Source: an uncultured Spirochaetota bacterium (lineage in GTDB: Bacteria > Spirochaetota > Spirochaetia > SZUA-6 > Fen-1364). Taken from it: a DNA stretch of 64,000 bases. Where the stretch lies: positions 32,001-96,000 of the forward strand of contig CAVTHO010000003.1 of the NCBI GenBank assembly GCA_963734545.1. The letters run 5' to 3'. The position numbers and the translations under genes were made by a program. The first letter of the stretch is position 1. Every line of letters begins with the position of its first letter. The notes beneath the pieces were generated by a model. It was not told where the DNA came from. It worked only from the letters and a program-made list of their open reading frames with translations, and ran no database searches. Shown one piece after another: positions 1 to 11,203 of this stretch.

Positions 1-413
1 AAGTAGCCCACGTCTCCCGCGCAGATGCCCATGGAGAGACCGAAACGGCCGGGGTCCGCGGCGTGCCGGGCGCGCCCCACCTGTTCGTACTGCGCGAACA
101 TGGTGCGGGCGCCACGTCGCAGCCGGTCATTATCCATGATGTCGTCGTGGATCAGCAGGGAGGAATGGATGATCTCGAGGGCCGCCGCTGCCCGGGCCAC
201 TGCCGCGGGCGCGGCCCGGCCCGCGTGCATCTCGTAGCCCAGGAGGAGCAGCCCGCCGCGCACCATTTTCCCCCGGGCGGCGAATGCACGGAGACGCGCG
301 CACACGTCAGGTCCCCACGTGTTGATGCGGCTGAAGTCCGAGCGCCTCTGATCGAGCAGCCGGCGCAATTCACGCGCAATGAGGGGCTTTTTCCGGGCGA
401 TCCAGTCTCGCAT
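1..413 (-). CDS. polyprenyl synthetase family protein (partial, runs off window)
   Basis: Hand translation MRDWIARKK...GKMVRG...LEIIHSSLLIHDDIMDNDRLRRG contains the GKxxR and first Asp-rich DDxxD..RRG motifs; GGAGG upstream of ATG at 413. Confidence 0.9.
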   Translation of the reverse strand, partial: MRDWIARKKPLIARELRRLLDQRRSDFSRINTWGPDVCARLRAFAARGKMVRGGLLLLGYEMHAGRAAPAAVARAAAALEIIHSSLLIHDDIMDNDRLRRGARTMFAQYEQVGRARHAADPGRFGLSMGICAGDVGY

Positions 414-449
414 CCTCCGCCGCCCTATACCGCACCGCCCTGCAAGTTC

Positions 450-1791
450 TTATCGCGGATGCGCGACGACTTCGGCAAGACCCTTCTTTTCGGCCAGCTC
501 GGCTTTCAGCATCTCCTCCCGGGACTTGTTCACGTAGCTCCTGTTCTGGAAGGAATAGGTGAACTTCGTATGGATGTCATAGGTGCCCTGGATGAGCGCG
601 TAGGTGTCCTCCGTCATGACCAGCTCCTCATCGGTGGGGATGACGATAGATGCGCACCTTCGACCCTGGTCCCGTGATCTCGGATTCCGCGTTGCGGGTT
701 ATGGCCATCTCGTTCTTCCGCCTGTCCATGACGATGCCCATCTCCTCGAGCCCTTCCAGGCACTTCTCCCGGGTGATGGGCCCGCGCTCGCCGACTCCCG
801 CGGTGAACACGATGGCATCCACCCGGCCGATTGCCGCGTAGTACGCGCCGAGGTACTTCTTCAGCCGGTAGCCCTCGATGTCGATGGCAAGCTGGCAGCG
901 CTCGTCGCCCTGGCAGGCCCCGTTCTCGATGTCGCGCCTGTCGGTGAACTTGTCCGTGATTCCCAGCACGCCGCTCTTCCGGTTGAGGATGCTGTCCATT
1001 GCCTCGGGCCGCAGGCCCTCCTTGCGCATGACGTAGAAGCCGATGGCCGGGTCATGGTCGCCGGCGCGCGTGCCCATCACCAGGCCCTCCAGGGGCGTGA
1101 AGCCCATGGAGGTATCCACCGACACTCCGTTCTTGACGGCGTTCGCGCTGGAGCCGTTGCCGATATGGAAGCAGATCAGGTTCGTGGCGAACGGGTCCTT
1201 GCCGAGGAGCACCGACGCCCGCTTGGCCACGTACAGGAACGAGGTGCCGTGGAAGCCGTAGCGGCGGACCCGGTAGTTCTCGTACCAATGGTAGGGCAGC
1301 GCATAGATGAATGACGTCTTCGGCATGGTCTGGTGCCACGCCGTGTCCATGATCGCGCAGTGGGGAACGTGCGGGAGCACCTCGCGCGCCGCCTCGATGC
1401 CGGTGATGTTCGGCGGATTGTGCAGGGGCGCCAGGTCGGCAAGGTCCCGAAACGCGGCAAGCGCATTGTCGTCGATGATGACGGACTTCGCGAACTTGTC
1501 CCCTCCGTGCACGACCCGGTGCCCCACGGCCTTGATCTCCGAGAGATCGCCGATGGCGCCTACCTCGGGATCCAGGAGAGTCTGCACGATCAGCTCGATG
1601 GCTTCCCGGTGATGCGGGCAATCGTGCTCCTTCTTGATTTTCTTTCCGCTCTTCTTCGAGTAGTGATTGATGAATGAGCCTCCCACGGTGACCCGCTCGA
1701 CGATGCCCGAGGCGAGCACTTCCCTTTCTTCCCAGCGGTACAACTGGTACTTCACCGACGAGCTTCCGCAGTTGAGGGTGAGGATGTCCAT
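450..1791 (-). CDS. ackA: acetate kinase (frameshift near 645)
   Basis: [40 protein letters not shown] motifs; IPTDEELVM continues in the shifted frame to TAA at 450-452. Confidence 0.95.
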
Positions 1792-1925
1792 TCAAAGGCT
1801 CCTTTTAGAGAGAAGGAATGCACGGCGCAGCCGCACTGGATTGTAGTACCGTGAATCAACGCTGAGGTCAAGGCAAGGCGCCACGGTGTGCAAGCGGGAC
1901 GAAATCCGCCCGCGTATGGACATTC

Positions 1926-3271
1926 GTGCGCCGTATTTTTATTGCATTCTTTGTTCTTCTCGGCCTTGCTCACGCGCGGAGTGATCCTGCGGTGGTCAGC
2001 CTCGACTCCCGCGCCGATCTGGACGCGGCAGTCGGCTTTCGGTGCGCGCTGTCCCATGATGACATCCGCGTCTTCTGCGCCTGGCAGGGCCGCGCGTCGT
2101 CCGCGGATGGGATGGAGAGCGCGCTTCCCACCCTTGCCCTGGCAACGCGCTGGCTGCTGTTCGGACCTGCTGCCGGAACGGGTCTGCTGAGGGAGGCATC
2201 GAATCCTCTCGGCTTTTCTCCGAGAAGCGACGTATTCACCGAGCGCACCGGCGTTCGCCTGGACGGGTCCCTTCCCGCCGGTGACCCCGGATTCCTGTGC
2301 ATGCCCGTCCCGGATGTCCTCGGGTTCTACTGCCTGCCCTGCGCGAACGGGGCGCGCGCCTGCGGCTTCTTCGCAAGTCTTCAGGTTCGGCCCTGGCTCC
2401 GGGCGGAAGGCTTCCTCAGCTCCTCTGAGTCGAGATCAGAGCATTCCGGTGAGGAGTGGTTTCGCTCCCACCCGGCCGATCCCGGAGGCGCCATGACAGC
2501 GACCGGCGTGAGGCTCGAGGTGGAATTTCCCGGGGTCTCCGTGGGAGCAACACTCGGGGGCTCGTTCTCTGAAAGAGCTCCCCCGGCTCCTTCATGCTCC
2601 TGCGCGGTTCATGGCAGGGGAATGGCCCGTTCGTCGAGGCCCTCCTTGGCAGGGCTGACGCGACGTACCGCCGGCCTGGCGGTGAGGGTCTCGAGGCCGG
2701 CTCCGCGTTTTCAGGCTCTGCCGGCATCGCGGGCAGGGGTCGTTCGGCGAAGGTCTCCTACGCAATCTGCCGCGATCAGCCGGGATTTGCGCCCCAGACC
2801 TGTCTGGCGGGCAGCGAGATCATGGGAATCGTGCTCGAGCAGGATCTCGCAGCGGCCGGGTTCGCCGGGGTCTGCAGGGCAGAAGCGGAGAAACGGATCA
2901 ACCTCGACCCGATGGGAATCCGGCAGCAGTCAGGCCGCTGCTCGGCGTCGCTGAAGGGGAAAATCGGAAGCCTGGAGGCAGCGGGCCGCGTGCAGGTGAA
3001 TGAACCCGGCGGCATCGATCTTTCCCTGGCCGGCGCATTTCAGGATACGGGCGGGAGCCCGCGCTTCTCCATTGAATCGCGCCTGGGCCGGCTGAGCGCG
3101 GGGCGCCCGGTCCTGACTCTTCTTGCGGCACTGGAGCTGGAGCGGCAGGATGCCAGGCTCTCGATCGAGCCGGGTATCGAAGAGTGGACTGTCTCGTCCG
3201 CTGCGGGGGAAGCGATCAGGCACCTCCGACTGAAAGTGTCCTGGAGCACGCGGCACACCCTGGGCAGATAG
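1926..3271 (+). CDS. hypothetical exported protein (frameshift near 2590)
   Basis: Signal-peptide-like start MRRIFIAFFVLLGLAHA; ORFs 1926..2954 and 2594..3271 join; no recognised motif. Confidence 0.5.
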
Positions 3272-3297
3272 GCGCCGCCCCGTGCCACGAAGCGCTC

Positions 3298-4209
3298 TTA
3301 CCACTCGCCCACCAGCAGCACTTCCCGCTCGAGTGGGAAGCCAAGTCGGCGTCGCGCCTCGTCCTCCACCAGCTCGATCAGGGAAAGGACGTCCCGCGCG
3401 GTGGCGCCTCCCGTGTTGACAATGATGTTGCCGTGGAAGGGTGCCACCTGGGCGCCGCCGATCCTGCGGCCCTTCAGGCCCAGAGAATCCACGATCACCC
3501 CGGTGGGTGCGCCGAATGCGCGGTTGTTCTTGAACACGCTTCCCGCGCAGGGGAAGAGGAAGTGGCCCTTCCTTTCCCTGTCTTGACGATGTTCCTGCAT
3601 CCGGTCCTCGACCTGCCGCGGATCACCCGGCGCAAGGCGGAAACCCGCCCGCAGGATCACGCCCCGCATTCCCTGAAAGGGGGACACCTTGTAGTCCCAC
3701 TCTTCGCGGCGCATCGGGAGTCTTCTCTGTCCGTTGTCGGCGTCCAGGTAGTCGACGAACTCCAGCACATCGCTTACCTCGCGCTCATAGCAGCGGGCAT
3801 TCATCCACACCGCGCCGCCCACGCTTCCCGGCAGCGAATAGGCGAACTCCATTCCCGCAAGGCCCCGGGACAGGGCGAACTCCGAAAGGGCGGACACCGG
3901 AGTGCCCCCGAGCGCCGTGAGGAGGGTGCCCTCTGCCTGGAGACCGCTGAGGAGCGTGAGATCGATCACGACGCCTCGCACGCCCTTGTCGGAGACGAGG
4001 ATGTTGGTGCCGCCCCCCAGCACGAAACACGGCACGGATTCCCTGTCGCAGAGCGTGACGATCTGAACGACCTCCTCCGGGGTGCGCGGCGCGGCAAACA
4101 GGTCTGCCGGCCCTCCGAGACGGAAACTGGTGTGACCGGCCAGGATCTCGTCTTCTTCCAGCCGCCCCTCGATCTTGATCATGCCCGCCAATTTCCGTAC
4201 TGTTGTCAC
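3298..4209 (-). CDS. murB: UDP-N-acetylenolpyruvoylglucosamine reductase
   Basis: HTSFRLGGPA, LGGGTNIL, PGSVGGAVWMNA, CAGSVFKN, HGNIIVN motifs; probable GTG start at 4209, 7 nt after TACTAT. Confidence 0.95.
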   Translation of the reverse strand: MTTVRKLAGMIKIEGRLEEDEILAGHTSFRLGGPADLFAAPRTPEEVVQIVTLCDRESVPCFVLGGGTNILVSDKGVRGVVIDLTLLSGLQAEGTLLTALGGTPVSALSEFALSRGLAGMEFAYSLPGSVGGAVWMNARCYEREVSDVLEFVDYLDADNGQRRLPMRREEWDYKVSPFQGMRGVILRAGFRLAPGDPRQVEDRMQEHRQDRERKGHFLFPCAGSVFKNNRAFGAPTGVIVDSLGLKGRRIGGAQVAPFHGNIIVNTGGATARDVLSLIELVEDEARRRLGFPLEREVLLVGEW

Positions 4210-4290
4210 GGTCAAAATAGTAGCGGGCGCGGCCGCCGCGGTCTACCGTGACATTCTATTGCCGGTGCGCATACCCATGGAGGGCATGTC

Positions 4291-5708
4291 GTGGAGCTGA
4301 AACTCTGGAACACGATGGGCAGGGAGATGCAGCGCTTCATCCCGATCCAGAACGGAAACGTGGGGATGTACTGCTGCGGGCCCACCGTCTACGACTACGC
4401 CCACGTGGGCAACCTCCGCACCTATGTCTTCGAGGACATACTGAGACGGACCCTCGAGTACTTCGGCTACAAGGTCCGCCACGTGATGAATGTCACGGAC
4501 GTGGGCCACCTCACCGGTGACACGGATGAGGGAGAAGACAAGATGCTCAAGGGCGCCCGGGAGAAAGGCAAGACGGTCTGGCAGATCGCGGACTTCTATA
4601 CGAAGGCCTTCTTTCGGGACTTCGGCCTCCTGAAATGCGCCGCGCCCGCCGTGATCTGCAAGGCCACCGAGCACATCCAGGACATGATCGACCTGATCGC
4701 CCGGATCGAGGCAAAGGGATTCACCTACACGGCGGGGGGCAATGTCTATTTCGACATCTCCAAGTTCCCGGGCTACGGCAGGCTCGCCCTGCTGGACAAG
4801 CAGGATCTGCAGGCGGGGGCGAGGATCGCCGTGGACGAGGGAAAGAAGAACCCGGCGGACTTTGCCTTGTGGTTCACGAAAGGCAAGTACGAGCACCAGG
4901 CCATGCTCTGGGATTCGCCGTGGGGAAAGGGATATCCCGGCTGGCACATCGAGTGCAGCGCCATGTCCATGAAGTATCTCGGCGAGCACTTCGACATCCA
5001 CTGCGGCGGCGTCGATCATCCTCCCGTGCATCACACCAACGAGATCGCGCAGTCGGAAGCGGCCACCGGGCAAAGTGGGTCAACTACTGGATGCACGGCG
5101 AGTGGCTGCTCATGGGAAAGGAGAAGATGGCGAAGTCGACGGGCAATCTCGTTCCGCTCTCTGTCCTGACCGAAAAGGGGTACGACCCGCTCGACTACCG
5201 CTACTTCTGCCTCGGCGCGCACTATCGCACGCAGCTCGCCTTCACGTGGGAGTCCCTGGACGCTGCCCGGTCGGGCAGGCTGGGCATCGTGGAAAAAATC
5301 ATCCAGCTCAGGGGAGAGGCCGCCGAGGATCCGGCCGAGCCGGCGGGCAAGGCGCGTGAATATCTGGACGACTTCGAGACGCACGCCGCGGAAGACCTCA
5401 ATATGCCGAGATGCCTTGCGGACCTCTGGACGCTCCTGAGGGACTCGACGGTGCCGCCGGGCCCCAAGCTCGGCGCCGCCTTCCGCATGGATGGCATACT
5501 CGCGCTGGGCCTGTCCGAGGCAACGGAGAGCGAGGTGAGCCTGGACGAGGAGACGCGGAGACTCCTGGAGGAGCGGGAGGGCGCGCGCAAGGCCCGCAAT
5601 TTCAAGAGGGCAGACGAGATCAGGGCCCTCCTTCTTTCGCGCGGAATGGAGGTACAGGACAGCCCGGCCGGGCCGAAGGTACGCTTTGCCCATGGTCAAA
5701 GGCGATAA
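4291..5708 (+). CDS. cysS: cysteine--tRNA ligase (frameshift near 5070)
   Basis: [13 protein letters not shown] (HIGH), [17 protein letters not shown] (KMSKS), C-terminal [13 protein letters not shown]. Confidence 0.95.
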
Positions 5709-5713
5709 AAAGC

Positions 5714-5739
5714 TGTAACATCGGCAATTAATCGTTGTT
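5714..5739 (+). promoter_or_regulatory. candidate ECF sigma promoter (TGTAAC ... GTT)
   Basis: TGTAAC at 5714 and GTT at 5737, just upstream of the ECF sigma ATG; ECF genes are typically autoregulated. Confidence 0.35.
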
Positions 5740-5743
5740 AGTA

Positions 5744-6274
5744 ATGAGTAACACTGAATATGCGCGCCCGCCATCATTCGACGTGGTTTACGTTGCTCTG
5801 TTCCCCGTCATCTACCGCGTCTCCCTGCGAGTGACTGGCGACAGGGAAATCGCAGAGGATTTGTGCCATGAAGCCTTCATCAAGCTTATGGAACGCCCTT
5901 ACTTGTTGCCTGACATCGAACAGTCAAAATACTGGCTCATCCGCGTGGTGAAGAACCTTTCACTCAACCATGAAAAGAGAAGAAACCGGGAAAAAGCAGC
6001 GTACGCGAAACTCACCCGCCTCACTGCCGGGGTATCGGAATCGAGCGAGAGGCAGCTCATGAAGGAAGAAACGCGCTCGGATGTGCAGACGGCATTGGAC
6101 GGCCTGCCCTACAACCTGAGGGCGCCGCTGGTGTTCCGGGAGTACGGGGACCTGAGCTACAAGGAGATTGGAGCGATCCTGGGGATAAGCGAAAGCAACG
6201 TCAAGGTGAGGATCTTTCGCGCCAGGGAGCGCCTGGTGACAGCGCTTGCTGAAGGGGATGTGTATGTGTCCTGA
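5744..6274 (+). CDS. ECF-family RNA polymerase sigma factor
   Basis: AEDLCHEAF (region 2) and LSYKEIGAILGISESNVKVRIFRAR (region 4). Confidence 0.9.
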   Translation: MSNTEYARPPSFDVVYVALFPVIYRVSLRVTGDREIAEDLCHEAFIKLMERPYLLPDIEQSKYWLIRVVKNLSLNHEKRRNREKAAYAKLTRLTAGVSESSERQLMKEETRSDVQTALDGLPYNLRAPLVFREYGDLSYKEIGAILGISESNVKVRIFRARERLVTALAEGDVYVS

Positions 6275-6818
6275 TCGTGAAATTCTTTCCGCGTATCTCG
6301 ATGGCGAGATCGGTTCTCCCTGGAACACGGCTATCGGCGCACACGTGGCGGCGTGTGAGAAGTGCCGCGCCGTCATCGAAAGACTCGAGAAGACGCGCCG
6401 CATCCTTCAGGAAGACCCCGTCGGGGACTGGAAGGAGCCGATGGAGAGGGTGCGCAGAGCGATTCTTACCCGGGTCGCTCCCCCGCCGCGTCCCATTCCC
6501 GCGTGGAGGCGCCAGGTGTCCCTGCCGCTCCCCCTGGCTGTCCTGGCCGCGGTCCTGCTGATCGCTCTCGGGGTCTCCTCGGCACTCTCCATCGTGCGCG
6601 CGAACATCGGCTTCGTCAAAATCACCAAGGCTCCTGCCGGTGGCACCGAATACCAGTTTGCCGTCCCGGTGGACAAGGTCGAGGCGCTGCTCAAATCGGT
6701 CGGCGGGGGAGACACCAGTCTCGAGGCCGTGCTGACAATCCCCAAGAACGTCAAGCTCGTTCCTGTCGGGGCGCCGCGCATGGGCAAGGAAACCGAGTTC
6801 CCGAGGAAAAAACCATGA
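6264..6818 (+). CDS. membrane anti-sigma factor with zinc-binding domain
   Basis: LSAYLDGE..HVAACEKC (HxxxCxxC), single TM segment, overlaps sigma gene. Confidence 0.85.
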   Translation: MCPDREILSAYLDGEIGSPWNTAIGAHVAACEKCRAVIERLEKTRRILQEDPVGDWKEPMERVRRAILTRVAPPPRPIPAWRRQVSLPLPLAVLAAVLLIALGVSSALSIVRANIGFVKITKAPAGGTEYQFAVPVDKVEALLKSVGGGDTSLEAVLTIPKNVKLVPVGAPRMGKETEFPRKKP

Positions 6819-7330
6819 TGAGGAGGCCGATGAGGAGTCGCAGCGTCGTCGTCCCGCTCCTCCTCACGCTTGCCGTGGCCGGGGCGCACGCACAGGAAAC
6901 GGTGGTAGATCCCAAGGAAGCCCTGCAGCAGCTGCTCTCCAAGGCCCTGAGCGTCACCATCTCGGCCCGCGTGCTGCCCTTCGACGCGCAGGGGGATTCG
7001 CCGATCTGGAACGCGGAAAGCACGAAGCTCACTATTCCCGGCAGGTCCATCAAGGTCAGGCTGGACGGCGACAATGTGCGCATTTACCTTATCTGTACGC
7101 CCTACCTGCAGGAAGACGGGGAAGTGCTTCTTGTCGCGCAGGGACAGGTCTGGCTCACGGAGCCCACGGACAGGGAGGTCAAGTATTCCAGCACATTCTA
7201 CAGCATCCCGCTGTCCTTCGGAGAGAAGGTCCTCTTTTTCCCGCTCGGTCTCTCCAGTGCCGAGGCGCAGCGCAAGGACTTCTACAATATCGAGCTGGAA
7301 ATCAAGATCGTCCCGTACGAGGAAAAATAG
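6815..7330 (+). CDS. hypothetical periplasmic protein
   Basis: Signal peptide ending AHA-QE; ATG overlaps upstream stop codon. Confidence 0.7.
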   Translation: MMRRPMRSRSVVVPLLLTLAVAGAHAQETVVDPKEALQQLLSKALSVTISARVLPFDAQGDSPIWNAESTKLTIPGRSIKVRLDGDNVRIYLICTPYLQEDGEVLLVAQGQVWLTEPTDREVKYSSTFYSIPLSFGEKVLFFPLGLSSAEAQRKDFYNIELEIKIVPYEEK

Positions 7331-7365
7331 CGGGACAGGGTGTGGCGCCTCTGCGTAGCGATGAC

Positions 7366-9110
7366 ATGACCCGTGAAGACCGGGCATCGAGTGCCGGGGA
7401 GACCGGCGGGAAGGGCACCGGGAGCGACCAGGTCAAGCCGCACCAGCGGCTGCTCAGGAGCAAGGGCTTCATCCCCACGGTGGTCGTCGTTGCCCTCGCA
7501 GCGTTCGTCCTGCTCAGCCCGCGGATGGCGGGAAGCCCGCCCCGCCTGGAATCCATCACTCCGACACGGGGGAAGCCGGGTGACGTCATGATCGTCACCG
7601 GTCACAACTTCGGGCAGCACCGCGATACCTCGGAGGTCCGGATTTCCGGCGTCTCTCCGACCTCCACCGACTACGGGGAATGGACCGACACGCGCATCAG
7701 CGTCACCATTCCCGACGAGGCCGCCTCCGGGATCGTCTACGTCATCACGAAGAGCGGCCGCAGCAGCGGCCTTCTGTTCATCAACCAGGGCGACATCCCG
7801 CTGCCCGCGTCGGGCTCCGCTCGCCCGGGAGACCCGTATATCGTCAACAACAGCGACAATCCGATCCAGCCCTCGGCGGCGCGGGTCGGGGACACGATCA
7901 CGATCTACGGAATGAACTTCGGCCTCGAGAAGGGCACCTCGGAGGTGTACTTCACGTGGGCCGGCCAGCAGTCTCCGTCCAGCGGAAGCCTCGACCTCTC
8001 GAATCTCCTTCCCGCGCGGGACTACAACCTGGACTACATTTCCTGGTCGGACCGCGAGATCAAGCTGCGCGTGCCCGACGGCGCCGCCTCCGGGAACGTG
8101 CTGGTCACGTCGGACAAGGGCAGGAGCAATGCCGCCTATTTCGTCGTGAACAAGGGGCCGGCACGAAGACTTTCACCTCTCTCCGGAAGTATTCGATCCA
8201 GTACGCCATGGACGTCGCGGTCACCGCCGCATCGGGAGACAACACTCTCTACCTCTGGATGCCGCGCATCCTGCCGACGCCCGAGCAGCGGAAGATCGAA
8301 ACGGTGGACCAGGACCCGCAGCCGCTGCTGGACACGAGCAGCTCCGCGCTGTACTCCTTCTCCAATCTGCAGAAGGGCGGGAAGTACAAGGTCACCTTGA
8401 GCTGGATGTTCGATCGCTACGCCGTCGAGACACAGGTGAACCCGGCGGACGTGCCGCCCTATGACACGACATCGGAGCTGTACGGCAGGTTCACCGCGCC
8501 GGACTGCGCTGGTGCCCTCGACGAGCCCCGAGATCGTCAAGGCCGCGGCCGCGGCGGCAGGCGGGGAGAAGAATCCCTGGCTCAAGGCACGCAGGATCTA
8601 CGACTGGCTTCTCACCCAGTTCAAGTACTGCCCCGTCCACCGAGGACCCGATGCACAGCGCTGCGCTCTGAAACGGGCGACGCGTTCGTCTACTCGTCGC
8701 TGTACTGCGCGCTGCTGCGGGCGGCGGGCATCCCCGCGCGCATGGTGTCGGGGTACCTCGTCGGGGACTCCGGCGCAGCCGACCCGCCGCCACTTCTGGG
8801 ACGAGTTCTACGTGGAGACCCTCGGGTGGGTGCCCGTCGACCCGCTCCTCGGCGACGAGAAGTCCCTCGTGCCGACGCCGCCGCCCGAGGATTTCGACGC
8901 GCAAGGCGTACTATTTCGGGAACCTCGACAACCAGCACATCACGTTCACGAAGGGACTCGAGGAGGTGAACCAGATGAATCCCGCGGGCACGAGCGCGAG
9001 GATCCACGCGGACCTCCCCTACCTGCTCACGCATCCACGAGGAGGCGGTGGGCGGGCCTGACCTCGTACACGACGAGCTTCGAGGACCTGCGGTCACCGG
9101 GACCTATTAG
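7366..9110 (+). CDS. IPT/TIG + transglutaminase-like domain membrane protein (several frameshifts 8150-9090)
   Basis: TM anchor, two IPT-like repeats (GHNFG..WTDTRISVTIP; GMNFG..WSDREIKLRVP), then LLRAAGIPARMVSG, HFWDEFY, GWVPVDP. Confidence 0.8.
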
Positions 9111-9205
9111 CGCACGCGGTACTAACGGACCCCGCGGCGAGCGAGCGCCTTCCGTCGAGCGGTACTCCGCAGCCTGGCGACTAGCGGTACTCGCACGGTC
9201 AGCTC

Positions 9206-10442
9206 TTACTGCTGGGACGCGGCCTTGCGCCGCGCGCGCTCGATCTTCTCCATCTTGCTGTAGTACTCGGACTGCTTCTGGATCTCCTCCACGTCCGTCG
9301 GTGGCGATCTTGTTGTCGGCGAGGACCATCTTCTTGTTCTCGAAGAGCTTCCGGATGTACGGGGTTGCCCTTGTCGCTGGAGAGCCCCACGGTGTTCAGC
9401 AGCTCCTTGGGGCCGAGCTGGAAGGTGTACTTCGCTGCCGGCGACGATGGGGATGCGGTTCTTCTCCAGCTGCAGGAGCAGGGCGTCATAGAGCCTGCCC
9501 AGCGGGTCCTGGATGAGGGTGTTGGCGAGCTGCTTGTAGATGAACCACAGCCGCTCGGCGAGGAGCGTGGTGAGCCGGGTGATCAGCTGGGGCTGGCTCT
9601 GCACCATGCGCTCGAAGTTCGCCTTGTTCACGGCCATGAGGCTGCAGTCCTCGTTGGCGATGGCGGAGGCCGAGCGCGGCTTGTTCTCCAGCAGGGCCAT
9701 CTCGCCGAAGATGTCCCCGGTCTTCAGCATGGCGAGCAGCACCTCGTTGTCCTCCACGATCTTGGTGATCTTCACGACGCCCCGCTGGATGATGTACAGC
9801 TCCGTGCCCGGCTCGTTCTCGCTGAAGATCATCGTGTTCTTCGGGTAGGTGCGGGTGAAGTCGTCCGTGCACCTTGTCCAGGTACACCGCCTTGGCGTAG
9901 GGATGGATCTTGGCCATGCGCTCCTTGGCCTTGTCCGCGTTCGGATCCGTGGGGCAGTACTGGAGGAAGCGGTAGTAGGCGTAGTAGGCCTGGTTGTACT
10001 GGCTCTGCCGCGCGTAGTACTCGGCCACCTTGAACAGGTGCGACGGGTCGCCGCTGGCCGTGTTCTTGAAGGTGAGGCGCGTGAGCGCCTCGTCGAGGAA
10101 GCGCATCTTGCGGGAGAAACTCTGGATGATCTTCAGCGCCACGGGGGCGTTGCGCTCGATGAGCAGGCCGTACTGCTCGCGGGCCACGGAGATCAGCGAG
10201 ACGTCGGTGAGGGCGAGGGCGGTCTCGATGTGGCTGTGCGAGGACATGGTGGAGATGACGCCGAAGAAGTCGCCGGGAGCGAGGGTGTTTCCGCCCTCCT
10301 CCTCGACGACCTCCACTTCCTTGCTGATGCGCACCTTGCCGCTGCGGAGGATGTAGAAGTAGTCGGCCTTCTGCTTTCCCTCCACGATGATGTACGAGTT
10401 CTTGTTGAAGTTGACGATCGACAGTTGAAGCGGGCTGGCCAT
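9206..10442 (-). CDS. tandem cyclic-nucleotide-binding domain protein with central TPR (frameshifted)
   Basis: Two cNMP domains (GDFFGVIS; GDIFGEMALLENKPRSASA) flanking a TPR-like helix AEYYARQSQYNQAYYAY. Confidence 0.8.
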
Positions 10443-10612
10443 TCTTTTTACCGTCTCACCAGGCTACCAGTATAGAGATCGGTTTTTCCGTTGTCAATGT
10501 GAAGAGACGGGGATCGTGCCGCGCAACCCTGCGGGGTACCGCTCGGAAAGACGCACGGAGTACCGTGCCAGCCGTAGCCACCAAACCGACCGTTTGGTAT
10601 AGTGGGGCACTT

Positions 10613-11203
10613 ATGCGCCGCACGGACGTCCGGCTGAGGTGGAAAGAGCGCTCCCGGCAGCTCGTCACATCCTGCTCGCTGTTCGATTTGTACGCCTCGC
10701 GGCGCACCTCCGGCGCGGGAAAGACAGGGGAGTTCTCCATCCTTGTCGCGCCCGACTGGGTCACCATAGTGCCCGTTCTCCGCGTGCCGGGACGGGAGGA
10801 TGCATTCCTCATGGTGCGCCAGTATCGACACGGGGCCGAGCTCATCACGACCGAGTTCCCCGCCGGCCTCGTGGAACCCGGCGAAGACCCGCTGCACGCC
10901 GCCGCGCGCGAGCTGGAGGAGGAAACCGGGTACCGTGCGGGCAGGATGACGCCCCTGGGCCGGGTCTGCCCGAACCCGTCGTTCATGAACAACTGGTGTT
11001 CCACCTTTCTTGCGGAAGACCTGAGCCGGGTCGGCGGCCTGTCCCTCGACGAGACCGAGGAGCTGGACGTCCTGGAAATCCCCGTTCGCGACCTGAAGGA
11101 GAGCATCGGGACGGGTGAGCTGGTCAATTCCCTGACGATGGTCGCCCTGATGTGGTACGAGCGCGGACACGCCGCCGGGGACGGCCGGGACGCTGTTCGA
11201 TGA
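10613..11203 (+). CDS. NUDIX hydrolase (ADP-ribose pyrophosphatase-like)
   Basis: Nudix box GLVEPGEDPLHAAARELEEETG; RQYRHG. Confidence 0.9.
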   Translation: MRRTDVRLRWKERSRQLVTSCSLFDLYASRRTSGAGKTGEFSILVAPDWVTIVPVLRVPGREDAFLMVRQYRHGAELITTEFPAGLVEPGEDPLHAAARELEEETGYRAGRMTPLGRVCPNPSFMNNWCSTFLAEDLSRVGGLSLDETEELDVLEIPVRDLKESIGTGELVNSLTMVALMWYERGHAAGDGRDAVR

